From positions 3,730-67,729 of the IMG/VR virus record IMGVR_UViG_3300037247_000990: 64,000 nucleotides of DNA; one strand, 5' to 3'. The notes beneath the pieces are model-generated. The model was not told where the DNA came from, ran no database searches, and worked only from the letters and a program-made list of their open reading frames with translations. Position numbers and translations under genes: made by a program. Below, in pieces: positions 55,772 through 64,000 of this stretch (the first letter of the stretch is position 1; every line of letters begins with the position of its first letter). Source of the DNA: a virus.

Positions 55772-55936
55772 TCAGGCGTACCACTTGCCCACGTTATCAT
55801 AAGCGTCGACGACATCCTGGTGGCCCAGGCTCGACAGAAATTCAGTCAATATCTTATCCGCATTGTAGTGAGCCCTTTCAGTGTCGTCGTCCTCGGCGAA
55901 TCCGTCGAGGCGTTTGATCGCTTGCTCTTTGGTCAT
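55772..55936 (-). CDS. Small phage protein
   Basis: AGAGGA SD; D.E.AH..AD.IL...L..LG...KWYA motif. Confidence 0.65.
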   Translation of the reverse strand: MTKEQAIKRLDGFAEDDDTERAHYNADKILTEFLSSLGHQDVVDAYDNVGKWYA

Positions 55937-55949
55937 GTCATCCTCTAAT

Positions 55950-56018
55950 TGGCAGCCGGGGCGGGGATCGAACCCCTTGGCCCGTTGGTAGAGCGGCTCG
56001 CCCTTCCGCGTCCCGACC
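55950..56018 (-). tRNA. Degenerate tRNA-like element (pseudo-tRNA, 69 nt)
   Basis: Acceptor GGTCGGG/CCCGGCT plus GCCA, D-stem GCGG/CCGC and GGTTCGATCCC T-loop. The anticodon arm is truncated. Confidence 0.4.
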
Positions 56019-56125
56019 TGAACCAGAATGGCAAAGCCGCGCTTGAGCATGTCCGAGACGACGGCCGCTGCTCGATCCCCTCGATATGGTTGCTCTCGCG
56101 AAAGGTCATGCGGAGGCGCTGTTCG

Positions 56126-56344
56126 TCAGTCATGGCTGTCATGGGGCAGGCCTTTCTGCCAGCGCGAAAATGCTTCCAATTCATCGCCGCCATCTGGGGA
56201 TATCCTGTGGTTGCCCTCTGCAAATAGTTGCTCAATGCTGTCGGCATCGATGATGCGCTGTCCATTGTCTAGAACGTGACATTTCAGTTCCACGCCGTAA
56301 ATCTTGAATGTGCCGCTCCAAACGGCTTTAGGTATGTCGGTCAT
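56126..56344 (-). CDS. Hypothetical protein (P63C N-terminal-like)
   Basis: G...I.GVELKCHVLDNGQRII motif. Confidence 0.55.
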   Translation of the reverse strand: MTDIPKAVWSGTFKIYGVELKCHVLDNGQRIIDADSIEQLFAEGNHRISPDGGDELEAFSRWQKGLPHDSHD

Positions 56345-56519
56345 CCGGTCCTGCCATTTCCCATTGAGTGGTATGGTAGCCATGCGCCCATTCCATAACG
56401 CCTATCGGATCGTCGAGCGCCAGATAAGGGTTTGGGGTAGGCCCTTGCTTGTAAGCATCGTACCCCTCGTCGAATTCCTTGCTGTAAATCGGTTTCACCT
56501 TCATTCTCCTAAGCGCCAC
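56328..56519 (-). CDS. Hypothetical protein
   Basis: EGYDAY...NPY...EW..GY pattern. Confidence 0.5.
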   Translation of the reverse strand: MALRRMKVKPIYSKEFDEGYDAYKQGPTPNPYLALDDPIGVMEWAHGYHTTQWEMAGPDDRHT

Positions 56520-56727
56520 ACTCTATCCGGCCGTCGAGCGGGGGATGATCGGGTTGATCATTTCCGTTTCCTTCTCCTCATCCATTTGGCCTGAGCCTTA
56601 ATCAGCGCCGTGAGACCCACGACGACCCAAGACGCTACCCTCAAGATACTCCCTGCGACGCGATCTACTAGCCAGATCACACCATAGGATACTGGGTACA
56701 AAACATATTTTCTCATGGCTTAGCTCC

Positions 56728-56955
56728 TCACTCATATTCCCATAAGTGGGCCATGTGAGCGGGTAGCGCTGCGAACGGCCGCGGCCTGTTTTTCGCGTCT
56801 ATCTTGCGCTTATATAAATAGATCACGTCGTAATTCCCCATCGGCCCGTTGCCGTCAGTCAGCATGACGATGTCGGTGATCCCGTTTTCACCTACTTCGT
56901 AACCCTGTTCCCAACTTGTCCAGACTCTCTTGAGCCTCATACAGTCGGCATCCAT
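56728..56955 (-). CDS. Hypothetical protein
   Basis: TGATG-coupled to the upstream gene. Confidence 0.5.
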   Translation of the reverse strand: MDADCMRLKRVWTSWEQGYEVGENGITDIVMLTDGNGPMGNYDVIYLYKRKIDAKNRPRPFAALPAHMAHLWEYE

Positions 56956-57341
56956 CAGTTTAACACCGGGTGGCCGCGCCCTCTCAGGCACGTGCGGATC
57001 ACCTGGACCTGCTCGGTGATCCCGGCTCCGGCCCCGGCAATAACGCCGGCTGATCCCCCCGCTGCGGCTCCCAAGGCAGCGCCGTACCCCGCGTCGCCGA
57101 TGATCGCGCCGGTCGCGGCCCCGAAGGCAGCACCCATGAGCGCCCCGAGGATGCCGCCCCCGACCGCGCCCTCGACTGGGCTGATGTTCTCGGCGTAGCG
57201 CCGGCAGTCGGCAACATCACGGTTATAGACGGCCATCCCCTTGAAGTTCGGGTGCCTCCAATCAACGGTCGGCTGGTAGTTCGACCCGGCGGCGCAGCCG
57301 GCAACAGCCAGGGCAATGATGAGTATCAGAATTTTGGTCAT
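56955..57341 (-). CDS. Glycine-zipper lipoprotein
   Basis: Lipobox VAGC; GAxxGAxxGA repeats; C-terminal CLRGRG. Confidence 0.8.
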   Translation of the reverse strand: MTKILILIIALAVAGCAAGSNYQPTVDWRHPNFKGMAVYNRDVADCRRYAENISPVEGAVGGGILGALMGAAFGAATGAIIGDAGYGAALGAAAGGSAGVIAGAGAGITEQVQVIRTCLRGRGHPVLN

Positions 57342-57613
57342 GGTCGATCTCCTTCTGGGTAAATCGTCTCGGTCCCGAATGGCGGGATGTGGGTGATTAC
57401 TTCGATGTGAGAGAAGTCGCCTCGTCTCATCCGGTCCCGAAAAACTAAGATTTCGACGTCACGACTGCCTACTCCGGCGTGTACCGTCTCGATGGCTAGC
57501 GCGTTAGGTATCCTCGGGAATTGAGCGTTCGGCGGATAGTATGCCCTGATCGTGTACCTCCATTTGCCGTGGCGCTTACACATCATCCCCTCCGAAATCC
57601 AACTGTGGTTCAT
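57338..57613 (-). CDS. Hypothetical protein
   Basis: ATGA-coupled. Confidence 0.5.
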   Translation of the reverse strand: MNHSWISEGMMCKRHGKWRYTIRAYYPPNAQFPRIPNALAIETVHAGVGSRDVEILVFRDRMRRGDFSHIEVITHIPPFGTETIYPEGDRP

Positions 57614-57992
57614 GTCCGTTCTTCCGTGAGTCGCTTTGACTTACTCCGACTCGGCTGGCCCTCCGGTGGTCCTCCTTGAGAAACGAGTCGATGGCAAAGC
57701 ACAGGGTCGTCAGCGTTCCCTTCTTCCGCGTGCGTCTCCACGCTATCACCATGTGCAGGGCGAGCCGCGCCCGGGCGGCGTTGCGGGAGTGCTTCGCGAC
57801 CCGACAGCTAGCGCGGCAATACTTCTGATCCGCCCGTATCGTCTTAAAGGCGACGCTACACTCGGGGCAGGTCCGTCTGTAGTCGGTGGTACCTCTCAAC
57901 GCGACATGGCCCTCCCAGGCCCGTAATATGGATACCAAAGCGCGGCGGGTGGTGACTTTCGGGGCAGAAGGTGATCGGTGGTCCGTTACCAC
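57576..57992 (-). CDS. Zn-finger protein
   Basis: CPEC...QKYC..SC. Confidence 0.5.
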   Translation of the reverse strand: MVTDHRSPSAPKVTTRRALVSILRAWEGHVALRGTTDYRRTCPECSVAFKTIRADQKYCRASCRVAKHSRNAARARLALHMVIAWRRTRKKGTLTTLCFAIDSFLKEDHRRASRVGVSQSDSRKNGHEPQLDFGGDDV

Positions 57993-58128
57993 TCACCGAC
58001 CGGGAGACAGACCCCATCTCAAGCCACCTGCTTTTTTAAGCGTGCGCCGCCGCTCACTCGCTCCCCTATGGCCCCCCAACATTGAAAATCCTAACTGGCT
58101 TGTGCTTCCACCATCGTTTTCCTAAAGC

Positions 58129-58485
58129 TCATGCCGCCGCTCCCCTGGCCTTGACGAGGGCGGCGCGGATTTTGTTAAGGCAGTTGCCAAGCAACGCACC
58201 ATCCAACTGGTAAATGCGGTTGTCGCCGGGCGGGTCGATGGGGGGTGCCGCATCGTGTAGCAGCAGCCGCTCGGCATCTTCCAACGCATCCACAAGCTCC
58301 GGCGAACTGGCCATGAGGCGGGCGTTGGCCTCACAAATGCCCTGGTGCCCTACCGAGCGGGAATTGACTCGGGCAAGATCGCAGTGGGCCCCGGCCTCAC
58401 TAATGAATACGAAACACCCCTTGAGATCGCCTGGGCAGGCGTAATTAACGCCCCATTCCCAAGGCCCTGGTGTGTGCTCGGTCAT
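58129..58485 (-). CDS. Phage protein (HTPGPW...ANARL family)
   Basis: MTEHTPGPW...EANARLMASSPEL. Confidence 0.7.
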   Translation of the reverse strand: MTEHTPGPWEWGVNYACPGDLKGCFVFISEAGAHCDLARVNSRSVGHQGICEANARLMASSPELVDALEDAERLLLHDAAPPIDPPGDNRIYQLDGALLGNCLNKIRAALVKARGAAA

Positions 58486-58751
58486 GCCGCCGCTCCTCGG
58501 TGGATTTCGTTTCGGATGTCTTTTCGGCAAACGGCGCAGGTGTCGATGTGTAGATCGGCAAGTGTCCCGGTAACATGTCGATGAGGCTCACCGTCTAAGA
58601 CCCTTTGCAATTCATGCGCGAGTCTCAAGATTTGGCCCATCCCCTCGTCAAACTCATCGAGACGATGTTGAAAATCGGCAAGGCTCCCGGCCTCACGCGC
58701 GTCTGGCGAGTCGTCGCAAATGACGGCGATCTGTTTTAAGAGGTAGTTCAT
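58482..58751 (-). CDS. Hypothetical protein
   Basis: Flanked by GGAGCGGCGGCATGA junctions. Confidence 0.6.
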   Translation of the reverse strand: MNYLLKQIAVICDDSPDAREAGSLADFQHRLDEFDEGMGQILRLAHELQRVLDGEPHRHVTGTLADLHIDTCAVCRKDIRNEIHRGAAA

Positions 58752-59029
58752 GCCGCCGCTCCCTTGGCCCGTTCCTTGAGCATGGCGTCGGCGACCTGAT
58801 AGAGCTGCTTTGCCATGTACTCAAATTCGTCAAGGGCTGAAGGTCGCATGCAGGAGCCGCTCATGAGCCCCACCAACGCCTGCCCGGCAAACCAGTCCCG
58901 AAGTGACATGCCGGGATCGAAGGTTTGGTTCCATGTGTTGTCCTGGCATTCAGACTGTTCGGATGGGAACGCCGAACCGCCGTCGCTTTTCATCGCCCCG
59001 CCATCTAGGTCGCTGGAGGTCTCGGTCAT
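58748..59029 (-). CDS. Phage protein (GG.AFP...SLRDWFA family)
   Basis: GGSAFP...GMSLRDWFAGQAL...YQVADAML. Confidence 0.75.
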   Translation of the reverse strand: MTETSSDLDGGAMKSDGGSAFPSEQSECQDNTWNQTFDPGMSLRDWFAGQALVGLMSGSCMRPSALDEFEYMAKQLYQVADAMLKERAKGAAA

Positions 59030-59262
59030 GCCGCCGCTCCCTTGGCCTTGGCAGCTTTCCCGGACCCGTCACAGTCGGCGCACTTGACGAAGTGCCAACC
59101 GTCGTCCGTTGGCTCGGCCTTCTCGGCTGCAAGCCAGCGTTGCCGGTACACGGGATTTTCGTCGTCGGCCCGGACCGGGACTATCTTGGTGCCCTCGCAG
59201 TCGCCCGGACACACCGTTTCGGGGTCAGGGTAGGGAATGCCGAGGGCTTGGTATCTGTCCAT
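59026..59262 (-). CDS. Small Zn-finger-like protein
   Basis: C.G.CEG...CADCDGSG; AAGGAG SD. Confidence 0.6.
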   Translation of the reverse strand: MDRYQALGIPYPDPETVCPGDCEGTKIVPVRADDENPVYRQRWLAAEKAEPTDDGWHFVKCADCDGSGKAAKAKGAAA

Positions 59263-59383
59263 GCTGTTTCTCCTTCAGGAGCCGCCGGCGGGGCCGGAGC
59301 AACCCGCCGGGAACGGATAGAGCGCGTAGCGAGATTCGGTACTCAGCGGGTTGGTCTCGCCGATCAGGACTACCCTCGACATC

Positions 59384-59752
59384 TCACCCCTCCGTCTCCA
59401 TGGCTTTGAGGATGGCGATGCACATGCCGATGGGCGGGGAACGTCTGCCGCCGTCAATCTCTCCAAGGATAAGATGCCCGTGCTCACCGGGAATTTTCTT
59501 TTTCAGGTAAATCAGCCCGACGCCAGTATCCTCGATTGACCACCCCCATTTTGATGGCACTAGGTTCACGGTGTCTTGGAGGTTGCAGGTGGGGTCAAGC
59601 CTGATAGAAAATATCCGCCCATCTTTGTTCAATTGCAGACCATCATTTTCCCGTACTAATTTGTAACCGAGCGCCAGTAACACCTCATCGGAAAGCTCCC
59701 GCGAGCCTTCCTTCGCTTCGGACAGACGGGTGATGAGGGCGGCGTTAGTCAT
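59384..59752 (-). CDS. Hypothetical phage protein
   Basis: LSEA.EGSRELS....ALG...LVP..W.W...IAILKA. Confidence 0.6.
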   Translation of the reverse strand: MTNAALITRLSEAKEGSRELSDEVLLALGYKLVRENDGLQLNKDGRIFSIRLDPTCNLQDTVNLVPSKWGWSIEDTGVGLIYLKKKIPGEHGHLILGEIDGGRRSPPIGMCIAILKAMETEG

Positions 59753-59827
59753 TTCAGCTTCAACCCCACGAAGAGCCCGGCCAGCCCACAAGCCGCGCAG
59801 AGCCAAACCAGGTACCAGATTTGCACT

Positions 59828-60127
59828 TCAACCATCCCCGTCTCCCAGCGCCGCGAGTGCTTGACGGTAGCCTACGCATAAAGGACACTTGCCGGGCGTC
59901 CACCCTTCACACGCATGGCATTTTGGGGCCATTTCCACCACCGCTTCCAGCTTCACCTGACGGGCTTCCAGCGCCTCTATGTGGGCGATGAGTTCGGGGA
60001 TGTCGTTGCACACCCTGCAAGTGAGCGTCGAGCGTGCAAGTCCACCCATTTTTGCCCACCCACTTATTACGAAGCTTGCCCGCGCCGCTACCCCCTCCAC
60101 GTCGGGCCTCTTGGGGGTGTTAGGCAT
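59828..60127 (-). CDS. Ead/Ea22-like protein
   Basis: DIPELIAHIEALE; shares its N-terminus with 60294..60668. Confidence 0.55.
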   Translation of the reverse strand: MPNTPKRPDVEGVAARASFVISGWAKMGGLARSTLTCRVCNDIPELIAHIEALEARQVKLEAVVEMAPKCHACEGWTPGKCPLCVGYRQALAALGDGDG

Positions 60128-60297
60128 TAACCAAACCTGCGAGGGTCTTGGTCATCTAAAAGCTCCGCTTTGGCGAATTCCCAGATGCGCCTTGCTATCG
60201 CTATTCGGTCGCTCACTATTTCAAGGCCATTGCCTTCATCTAAGGCCAGTAGCCCCCAAATCATCTCGGCAATTTCGGCAACTTCAGTTTCAATCAT
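60127..60297 (-). CDS. Hypothetical protein
   Basis: Coupled at both ends. Confidence 0.45.
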   Translation of the reverse strand: MIETEVAEIAEMIWGLLALDEGNGLEIVSDRIAIARRIWEFAKAELLDDQDPRRFG

Positions 60298-60668
60298 CCC
60301 CCGTCCTCCGGGTCCGGGGCTTTCATATCCCGCGTCAGCAAGTCGCACAGCAACCGCCTGTCCAGTGCGCCATCCGCTTGCAGATGATGCAAGGTAATTT
60401 CGCGTTGAAGCTTCAGCGCCTCGATGTAGGCGATGAGTTCGGGGATGTCTTGGCGGGCGTGGGCGATGAAGTGCGTATTTGCCCGCTGGAAGTAACGCAA
60501 ATCATCAACTGATAGTGCCTCGGCAATAGGCCCTGATTGCCGCCCCTTGTTCGGAGGCCCATAGATGCGGAAATTGCCGGGCTGCCCCTCAATCCACGGC
60601 GCTTCCGTCGCAGCCCTCGCCCGCTTCGCCATCGCCTCCACGTCGGGCCTCTTGGGGGTGTTAGGCAT
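60294..60668 (-). CDS. Ead/Ea22-like protein
   Basis: RAATEAPW...FIAHARQDIPELIAYIEAL. Confidence 0.7.
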   Translation of the reverse strand: MPNTPKRPDVEAMAKRARAATEAPWIEGQPGNFRIYGPPNKGRQSGPIAEALSVDDLRYFQRANTHFIAHARQDIPELIAYIEALKLQREITLHHLQADGALDRRLLCDLLTRDMKAPDPEDGG

Positions 60669-60874
60669 CAAATTGACCTGTTCAGCTTATTCAGCGCCTC
60701 AACCATCTCTAGAGGCTGTTCTTTCACGGAGTAGCATGACTGGATAACGTCTATCATCTCATCAATTCTCTGAGTGATAGTCTGTCCCTTCTTGGTGCCG
60801 AGCTTTCTTGAAATGCGGCCCAATAGATACAGGGCGGCCCAGTCCTCTTTTACTAATTCATGCAACGGCTTCAT
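60668..60874 (-). CDS. Hypothetical protein
   Basis: Coupled at both ends. Confidence 0.5.
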   Translation of the reverse strand: MKPLHELVKEDWAALYLLGRISRKLGTKKGQTITQRIDEMIDVIQSCYSVKEQPLEMVEALNKLNRSI

Positions 60875-61092
60875 CTCCCGTCCTCCGGCTCCGGCTTGGC
60901 GGGGGTTAAAGCGGCTGCGACTTTTGCAAATTGCGCTCCAATGCGATTCATGCGCTCCACATTGCAGTCAAAACACCAGAGCGGAGACCACCTTGTTCCT
61001 GCTGGCCCATTACAGCCTCTTTCGATACAAGCCTTGCCTGTATGATGCTTAGGGCCATTTCTGGGGTCTGCTCGGTCTTGATATGCCTTCAT
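60871..61092 (-). CDS. Small Cys-containing protein
   Basis: CIERGC...WCFDCN. Confidence 0.55.
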   Translation of the reverse strand: MKAYQDRADPRNGPKHHTGKACIERGCNGPAGTRWSPLWCFDCNVERMNRIGAQFAKVAAALTPAKPEPEDGR

Positions 61093-61772
61093 CACCCCGT
61101 CCCTTCGCCCGCTTGCGGCTTCGCTGCGGGGGCGGCGGCGAGCATGGATCTCCATCGTATTTTGAGGCTTTCTCCCGTTAGGACGGTGGCATGACAATCC
61201 TGACCTGGGGCCAAACCGGCAAGTATCATTTCATCGTCCAGTTTCAGTGGAACAATCTGCCACCCCTCCGGCACCCGCCGGTAAAGCGCGGCGGCTTCGT
61301 CGGTGTCGGTGAGGGCGGCTGTTATTGCCTTACATTTTCTGCTGTGTCGCTGTGTCTCACCCGACTCCCATACCGATTGGCATAGTATGCCGCAAACGTC
61401 CTCTTGCGTATTGTGTAAAGCCTCCCGAAGCACCGCCAGTTGCTTGCCCAGTTCCTCGGCAATTTCATCGGCCTTCGCCAACGCCTCTATGTGACGGGCG
61501 GTGTCGGTGAGGCAATCTATCAATTCGTGTTCCGCGCCTAACTTTTGTTTCGTCAACTGCATACGGCCATCGCGACCGACAGCCTCATGCTTGTTCGCGG
61601 CTATCACCCGTCCAGCAGCCTCCCGCAGCGCCGCCAGTTGCCTGCCCTGCTCCACCAGACCGGCTTCGTCGATGGCTGCTTGAACAACCCTTACAAAATT
61701 ATCCTTTTTCCACGAGCCGCCAATCCAGAATTTGTCGTAGGCAGCCTCTAGCGCCTTCTTGTCTATTTTCAT
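61092..61772 (-). CDS. Modular hypothetical protein
   Basis: Two QLAxLREA...LTDT modules; VPEGWQIVP...MLAAAP tail. Confidence 0.65.
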   Translation of the reverse strand: MKIDKKALEAAYDKFWIGGSWKKDNFVRVVQAAIDEAGLVEQGRQLAALREAAGRVIAANKHEAVGRDGRMQLTKQKLGAEHELIDCLTDTARHIEALAKADEIAEELGKQLAVLREALHNTQEDVCGILCQSVWESGETQRHSRKCKAITAALTDTDEAAALYRRVPEGWQIVPLKLDDEMILAGLAPGQDCHATVLTGESLKIRWRSMLAAAPAAKPQAGEGTG

Positions 61773-61972
61773 CCCCCGTCCTCCGGCTCCGGCTTTCTAA
61801 AAAGGCAGCAGACCCACAATTTAAATGGTCCAATATGTAGCCGTATAGACGGCGCGAAAATACATGGCCAATAACGAACAGAGAACCCTACCGCAAATTG
61901 ATATGGGTAAAAAGCAAGGCCACCAAACAGAGGACCAACATCGAATATCTTTTCACGAACGCGGCTCATCAC
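61769..61972 (-). CDS. Hypothetical protein
   Basis: Coupled ORF ending EPEDGG. Confidence 0.45.
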   Translation of the reverse strand: MMSRVREKIFDVGPLFGGLAFYPYQFAVGFSVRYWPCIFAPSIRLHIGPFKLWVCCLFRKPEPEDGG

Positions 61973-62570
61973 CTATCCTGTTCGTTGGCTCGATTGGTAC
62001 CACTATGTGCTTGTCGTCCACGAGCTGCCACTGCGCGGCGGCTTCTTCGGTGTCGGTGAGGACTTCAAAAAGTCTACCTTCACACTCTTGGTCTTCGTGT
62101 GTTCCCCACTCTGGCAGATGCTTTTCGTGATAATGTTTGAGCCTAGCCATAAGATCGCTTGCAGCCTCCCGCAGCGCCGCAAGCTGCTTGGCTAGGCTTG
62201 CATTCAGGTCGCAAATTTCTTGATACACGTGCCTGGGCAATCGTTCCTCGGCGTCCTTTTTCCATTCCTCGGCTTCCTGGCGGGCTTCGTCGCGCTCGAT
62301 AATGATGTCGCACAATTCGCGCTCTTTCATCGCGTAGCACTCTGGAGCTGGTTTGCTAGAATGCGCTTTACCGAAGTGTATTTCGGCTTTGGCACGGTCT
62401 GTAAACACAGCGTCACACCAGTAACAACGCCAGCCTTTTAATGCTTCAAGCTCGCTCCGCTCCACCAGATCGGCGACTTCGATTGCGGCCTTGACAGCCA
62501 TCCCTAAGCCACGCCCCTGTTCCATTACTTCGCGGGCGGCCTTTAGCGCCTTTTGGTTTAGGTCACCCAT
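61953..62570 (-). CDS. Modular hypothetical protein with Zn finger
   Basis: WRCYWC...HFG and a QLAALREAA...LTDT module. Confidence 0.65.
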   Translation of the reverse strand: MGDLNQKALKAAREVMEQGRGLGMAVKAAIEVADLVERSELEALKGWRCYWCDAVFTDRAKAEIHFGKAHSSKPAPECYAMKERELCDIIIERDEARQEAEEWKKDAEERLPRHVYQEICDLNASLAKQLAALREAASDLMARLKHYHEKHLPEWGTHEDQECEGRLFEVLTDTEEAAAQWQLVDDKHIVVPIEPTNRIGDEPRS

Positions 62571-62847
62571 CGTCCGCGACCTCCCGGATGTACCAGGTCG
62601 CCACGTCGTTCTGGTTGACCTGGATCCTCACGGCGGGACCCGAGCCGTCATACTCGGCCTGAATGACCTTGCCGAACTGGCTCAAGGTTCGAAGGCTGGC
62701 TAGCGCGGCCGTCAGTCGAGCCATGTGCCGCTCTGCGGTGGGTTTCGCCAAGCGCCCGTTCTTGATCCACTTCGGGTAGACGTTCTTGCGGATCGCCAGC
62801 TCGCGCTCGATCTCGCTGATCTGCTCCATCATCGCGGGCTCAGTCAT
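62563..62847 (-). CDS. Hypothetical phage protein
   Basis: EQI.EIERELA.R..VYPKWI..GRL motif. Confidence 0.7.
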   Translation of the reverse strand: MTEPAMMEQISEIERELAIRKNVYPKWIKNGRLAKPTAERHMARLTAALASLRTLSQFGKVIQAEYDGSGPAVRIQVNQNDVATWYIREVADDG

Positions 62848-63055
62848 GGTGATGCGCGCCCTTCAACACGCGCCACTGTAGGGTCATATCGTCTACGGTC
62901 TTCGCCGTACCCATGTCGAGAAGTTCAGCGTTCAAGGGGACCTTGCGAAGCTCCTGCATCCTGGCTAGTCCGGTTGCGTCGACCTCTGGCTCTACCGGCT
63001 TTTTAAAGAGCGCCGATTTGTAAGCAAGAATTGCACTTAGTCCGTTTGGGGTCAT
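62840..63055 (-). CDS. Hypothetical protein
   Basis: AAGGAGACG leader. Confidence 0.5.
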   Translation of the reverse strand: MTPNGLSAILAYKSALFKKPVEPEVDATGLARMQELRKVPLNAELLDMGTAKTVDDMTLQWRVLKGAHHHD

Positions 63056-63071
63056 GGTGTTCGTCTCCTTC

Positions 63072-63293
63072 TCACTTCGGGAATAACTCGGCGACCTGGA
63101 CCTTGAGCGCCCTGGACAGGTTCCACACCAGCGTCGCCGAGATCGCCTTCTGCCCCGTCTCGTAGCCTGAGATTTGCGCGGGCGACCTGCTGATCAGTGC
63201 CCCCAGTTCGGTCTGCGTCCACTTCCTCACCTTTCGAAGGATTCGGACTTGCCGGCCGATATGCTTGTCAACGTCGGTAACCCACTGGCTCAC
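63072..63293 (-). CDS. XRE-family HTH transcriptional regulator
   Basis: VDKHIG..VR..R...TQTELG......QIS.YE.G. Confidence 0.85.
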   Translation of the reverse strand: MSQWVTDVDKHIGRQVRILRKVRKWTQTELGALISRSPAQISGYETGQKAISATLVWNLSRALKVQVAELFPK

Positions 63294-64000
63294 TTAATAT
63301 TCCTTCGCATCGGTTCCCTCTCCCTTTTCTTCCTCCTCCTCGCTCTCGGTCGGTAGCGTCACGCCGAGCGTCCCGGCCACGGTCCGGATCAGGGAGTAGG
63401 CGTCCCTCGTCTTAGCTGCCTTCTGCTTCTTCATCTTGGTGAGCTCGTCGGCATAGTTACCGATGAACTGGTCGCGATCGGATTCGGGAAGCCCCTTTAA
63501 CGTGTCGATGAACCACGGCACCCACTTGCCCCACTGGCCCCCGCCTAGCGGCGAAGCGGGCACCTTGGTCCCGGCCTCTGGCTCCTTGGTCTGTGCCGAC
63601 TCGCCGGTTCCGCCATCATCCTGAGCCCCCGTACTTTTCATCGCCGCCTTGCCATAGAGGCGCTCGATGGCGGCCTCGGCCTCCTCGGCGTCGGCGGCCA
63701 TGTTGGCAACCATGTAGTGCTCGAACGTGGGCGCGTTGGTTTCCCAGAAGCCCTTGATCGCCGCCGCGTCCGAGTTCCTGAACTCCACCGTGTCGATGTA
63801 GCCGAGGAACGCAATAAAGTGGGCGGGGAGATCGTCGAACTGCACGACCTCTCCGTCGAGCGTGATGAGTTCGAAGGGCTCCTTCTTCGCCTGCTCCTCG
63901 ATCTGCGGGCGAGGGGAGGCGTCGGTGATGTCGATCATCCCCCCCTCCATCTCGTCGGCGGTCAAGCCGACGGCCTCCTCGGGGAACGCCGCCCTCAGCG
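63294..64000 (-). CDS. Bet/RecT-like single-strand annealing protein, C-terminal part (5' partial)
   Basis: Frame is open to the window end and reads LRAAFPEEAVGLTADEMEG, the Bet-type ALRxAFP...TxxEM motif. Confidence 0.65.
   Translation of the reverse strand, partial: LRAAFPEEAVGLTADEMEGGMIDITDASPRPQIEEQAKKEPFELITLDGEVVQFDDLPAHFIAFLGYIDTVEFRNSDAAAIKGFWETNAPTFEHYMVANMAADAEEAEAAIERLYGKAAMKSTGAQDDGGTGESAQTKEPEAGTKVPASPLGGGQWGKWVPWFIDTLKGLPESDRDQFIGNYADELTKMKKQKAAKTRDAYSLIRTVAGTLGVTLPTESEEEEEKGEGTDAKEY

Noticed and set aside
55945-56142. ESNHIEG motif suggesting a Fic-like N-terminus
   Set aside because: No HPFxxGNGR motif; the ORF runs into the tRNA-like element, so it is at most a fragment.
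59275-59382. 35-aa ORF resembling the start of a UDG-like protein (LIGETNP...ALYP.P.GCSG)
   Set aside because: Too short to assign; possibly a truncated remnant.
1-64000. Integrase, att sites or flanking host genes
   Set aside because: None recognisable in the window, so lifestyle cannot be determined.

Overview
The window holds most of a GC-rich siphovirus-like tailed phage (or prophage) genome. The host is probably alphaproteobacterial, inferred from the GTA-like tail tube and chaperone genes and DUF3489- and XRE-type genes. Gene order: (1) a lambda-O-like HTH replication initiator carrying iterons, then a Twinkle-type primase-helicase; (2) two DNA methyltransferases; (3) a leftward cluster of small early genes; (4) terminase, portal, MuF, protease, scaffold and capsid; (5) a ~10 kb block of putative head fibre/decoration genes; (6) neck genes interrupted by a ~10 kb radical SAM/glycosyltransferase/methyltransferase/oxidoreductase cluster; (7) tail genes with two tandem paralogous tail-tip proteins; (8) an unusual lysis-position cassette (M15 peptidase, protealysin-like M4 protease, patatin, lipoprotein); (9) a leftward array of small ORFs joined by repeated junctions, ending in a Bet-like recombinase. 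The most striking feature is a 272-aa intein in MuF with no in-frame endonuclease. It instead encodes an HTH plus DUF559/Vsr-like endonuclease on the antisense strand, in codon register, with its SD, start and stop built from intein motif codons. A second nuclease (HNH) is nested in the +1 frame of an uninterrupted methyltransferase. All family assignments come from reading motifs by eye; no database searches were run.
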